From the human T2T-CHM13v2.0 reference genome, Homo sapiens: a stretch of 64,000 bases of DNA. The notes under the pieces were generated by a model. The model had not been told where the DNA came from and did no database searches. It was given only the letters and a program-made list of their open reading frames with translations. The DNA lies in the NCBI RefSeq assembly GCF_009914755.1, contig NC_060940.1; one strand, written 5' to 3'. Shown in pieces: positions 60,010-64,000 of this stretch. The first letter of the stretch is position 1; the number at the start of each line of letters is the position of its first letter. The position numbers and the translations under genes were made by a program.

Positions 60010-60237
60010 TGTGCCCAGGATAGACTGCACCTACCCTTTCCAACAATGGGGCAGGATCGGAGGGCAAGCAGGACAGGGGTGGGCTGTGCCAGGATAGACT
60101 GCACCTGCCCTTTCCAACAATGGGACAGGATCGGAGGGCAAGCGGGACAGGGGTGGGCTGTGCCAGGATAAACTGCACCTGCCTTTTCCAACAATGGGAC
60201 AGGATCGGAGGGCAAGCAGGACAGGCATGGGCTGTGC
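60010..60237 (+). repeat. 74-bp minisatellite, 3 copies
   Basis: Units start at 60010, 60085 and 60159; near-identical. Confidence 0.95.
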
Positions 60238-61541
60238 TTTCTCAGGTGGGCAACTGAGGCTCAGACAGGAAACACGCTTGTTCCTGAGAAGTACAAAATT
60301 ACTCCAATCCTCCAAGGTCCTCCTGAACAACCTAATCAATTGGCTTGCTATAAGATTTGTTCCAGAAAAGTTTTGCAAGCCACTATTGTAAAAAAAAAAA
60401 AAATTAATCCGCAATGAGTTTACAGCTCGACAGGCCTAGCACCCCATTTATCTACCTCATTCAAACCCAGGAGCATGACCCAAAACAGGGCTCTGATAGG
60501 GGTGAGCCTGGCATGTGAGCAGGGAGCCAGGAGGAGGTGGCATCCCCCACCCCAGGAGTGTGGATGGCCAGCAAGACGGAGGCGACAGGAGGCGGTCAGG
60601 TCTCTTCTGAAGCAGCCCCAGAGCACTGGCCATCTCAACTCTGCAGCGGGCATCTCTCCTGACCTCCTCTTTCCCACACGTGTGTCCTAGAATGCCACCT
60701 CCCAAGCCACGTCGGGGAGGGCAGCCTGCTGGTTAGGGCCTCAGGGTCTGGGATGAAACCAACCAGGCTCACAGCGGGGCTCGGCCGCTCATCAGCTGTG
60801 TGAACTTCGGCAAGTTACTCAGACTCTCAGAACTTGAGTTTCTTATCAGTAAAATGGGTCAAAGAGGGCCTACCTTAGTGGGAGAATAGGCTGCTCAGTA
60901 AATTTGGCCATTCTTATTAATAACACTATTATTTTCCCTTTCCTGCCCTGATACCCCCAGCTGCTCCACCAAAACGAACCAAAAAAAGCAGCCCCCTAAG
61001 CAGCAGCTGCACAAAGATCTCGATACGGGGTCAGGACAGGAAGTTATCTGGGAGTTCCCTAACTTTCCATGAGAAATCTAAGGCACAGACCTCATTCACA
61101 AGGGAAGTAGGGGGCCTGGCACCTGCTTCTGCTTCATCAGGCACAGTGGGAAACTGCCAACTCAGTCTAGTGCCCCACTGGACAGATGGGAAAGCTGAGG
61201 CACAGGGAAGTGGTATGACGGGTGCCAAGTCACACAGCAAACAGGAGGCAGGGCTGGTCCAGGAGCTCCAGGCAGACTCTGGCAGGGCAGCACTGCCCAG
61301 CTCTTTCAATCCTCGGAGTACTGGCAACCTTGAGGCCTTCAGGGCCAGCCAGGTAACATTAAAGGGTAAGGAAGGCTTGATGCACACAACAGGGAGTCAT
61401 AGGTACGAGGAACAGAGCACGCAGGCTTGGGTATAAGCAGGCAGCACCAGCCCATCCTCACTGTACAGGAACTTGATCTCCTGATTGCTTTGAAGAACAG
61501 CTAGAAATCTGGATTTTTGTGCATACTTTCCTGAATTTTAA

Positions 61542-61915
<374 letters not shown>

Positions 61916-62202
61916 AAAAACAAATTTTAATCCTGAGCAGCCAAGAAAACAAAATGATCCTGACACTGGATGCGCTCCTCGGGTTCCCAGACTGCAACCT
62001 TCCCCCAGGATTTCAAAGCAGGTCCTGAGTATTTTTGTTTGTTTGTTTTGTCATTGAGCTAAAATGACATGAGAGGTGCTTGGAAAGTACTTTTCCCTAT
62101 AAAGCAATGTCTTGCCCAGGTGACTAAAATTCCACCATTAGCTACTAATTCCTTTTAGTCAAACAGTGCTCTCCCTGGATATTCTTTTAAAAAGAAGATT
62201 CA

Positions 62203-62524
<322 letters not shown>

Positions 62525-62689
62525 CTAGAGGAGAGGCCTAAGCAATGCTTCAGTCCTGGAAAAACAAAGTAATAATAATAACAATAACGGTAGCAATAAC
62601 TAACCTATACTGAGCAATCAGTATGCTCAAGGCACCATCCCAAGTACTGAGGACACAGTTGACTGCAAAGGCTTTTGAGAGGGTGAAGA

Positions 62690-63170
62690 AAAGCATGTGT
62701 CTATTTTAGATAAGAAGCTGCTAATATCTCCCCAAAATACCACTCCCAAGGCTGAGATCAGACACTTGGTGTCTTTCCAGCAGAGAAGCATCGCCACATT
62801 TGCCATCTCGAAATAAGTCTGGCATCTTCCATGGACAAAACTTTTGGCTGCCAAGTAGCTGGGGCACGCCTGAGGCTCTGGCCACCTGACGTCCTAGAGG
62901 GAGGGCCTTGCACGGAGTCCTAGCAGCGGAGAGGGGAGAGCAGGGGGAGGCAGGGGAAAGTTTACCTCGACACTTTTCCCTAAAATGCTGATCTTAGGTC
63001 TAGACAACAGAAAAGATGCTGCTAAAATTACTATGAAGTCTTTCCCCAAAAGGCATTTGGTTACATCTGATTTTAACGTGCACTTGCAGAAGTCCACTCT
63101 CTGGGCCCATCCTGGGCTTCCAGATGAGGGTCTGGAAAGGGCCCCTGAGATTATAAACCCAATAAAAGAG
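62690..63170. promoter_or_regulatory. Putative conserved non-coding element
   Basis: Repeat-free; short palindromes agacac-ttg-gtgtct and ttggc-t-gccaa; ctaaaattac, ccaataaaa. Confidence 0.35.
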
Positions 63171-64000
63171 ACGCAGAGGCCTGGGGAGGACTTTCCAGGA
63201 AGGAAATGCAGAGCAGCAACAGGAACACAGGTCCCATCAGACCAGGGTGCGGGTCCAGAGCCACACAGAACGCCTGATACCGCCTTAGCCTGATTGAGGA
63301 CAGCTGGGGAGAGTGGTGCTGGGCAGGAGGTGCTCAGGCAGAGCTGAGACCCTGAAGGTAGGAGAAATGGGGACAGTGCAGTTAGAGAACAAAGAAAACT
63401 CAGTAAGAAACAAGACCACCATGTCACTTATCCCAGGGTTTCTGTTGTGCACATGCATGCTTTGTCCATGCAGTTTGAGTCTATCCATCTTTTGACCCTA
63501 CTAGATGAGTGTGTCGCAAGGTGTGGTTAGCTCCATTTTATCAATGAAGAGAATACGAGGCCCAGAGAGGTTAAGACACCATTTCAGGATCACACAGCTG
63601 CAGTACCAGGCCTCCAACCCGCCAGTTCACAAATGCTCCATCTCTTCGCTCCAACATTCTGACCTTTTTTGAGTTCGTCAACTGTGCCAAGCCCTCCCCA
63701 CTGCTGGGCATGGTGAGCTGTATTCCATCACCACCAAAGGCCCATCCAGTGCCAGGCCTGCCATGGTCACCTCGCTACTCATGTCTCAGTCACAGCTCAT
63801 CAGTCCTTTTTCTCAGAAGGCTTCTGTGCAGTTGAAATCTAATTCCCCTACTCCTTGATGCACCGCCCCCCAGAATGGATCGCATGATAGCATCACACCC
63901 ACACCTACCTTTCCTAGAGCAAAGCCATATAAAAATACCTGGAGGGATTGCTGAAACTCAGATGCCCGGGCGCCCACAGAGATTCTGACTCAGCAGAACC

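Overview
Primate (human-like) non-coding DNA: about 35 Alu/FLAM copies including an AluY, plus many MIR, L2, L1M, L3/CR1, MER5A, MER63 and MaLR/ERVL LTR remnants. I found no intact protein-coding exon; the ORF track is almost all repeat-derived or chance. The only gene-derived sequence I recognise is a disabled MRPS21 retrocopy at about 10.1-10.9 kb (ATG>AGG, -1 frameshift). A CpG-rich element at 0.68-1.15 kb ends in a strong minus-strand donor (GCA|GTGAGT). With many repeat-free homeobox/SOX-motif blocks, this suggests a large intron of a minus-strand developmental regulator. My best inference, from memory and unverified, is ZNF423 (16q12.1) intron 3 with its internal first exon. The most unusual structures are: a composite minisatellite with TTAGGG arrays (28.9-29.4 kb); a ~120-190 bp segment copied from an inverted-Alu loop at 30.7 kb onto a different Alu at 37.7 kb; a nested MRPS21/L1/Alu insertion inside an L1MB; two convergent THE1 LTRs; a tail-less Alu with a TSD; and a 74-bp SOX-motif VNTR. 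I see no convincing new multi-gene system.
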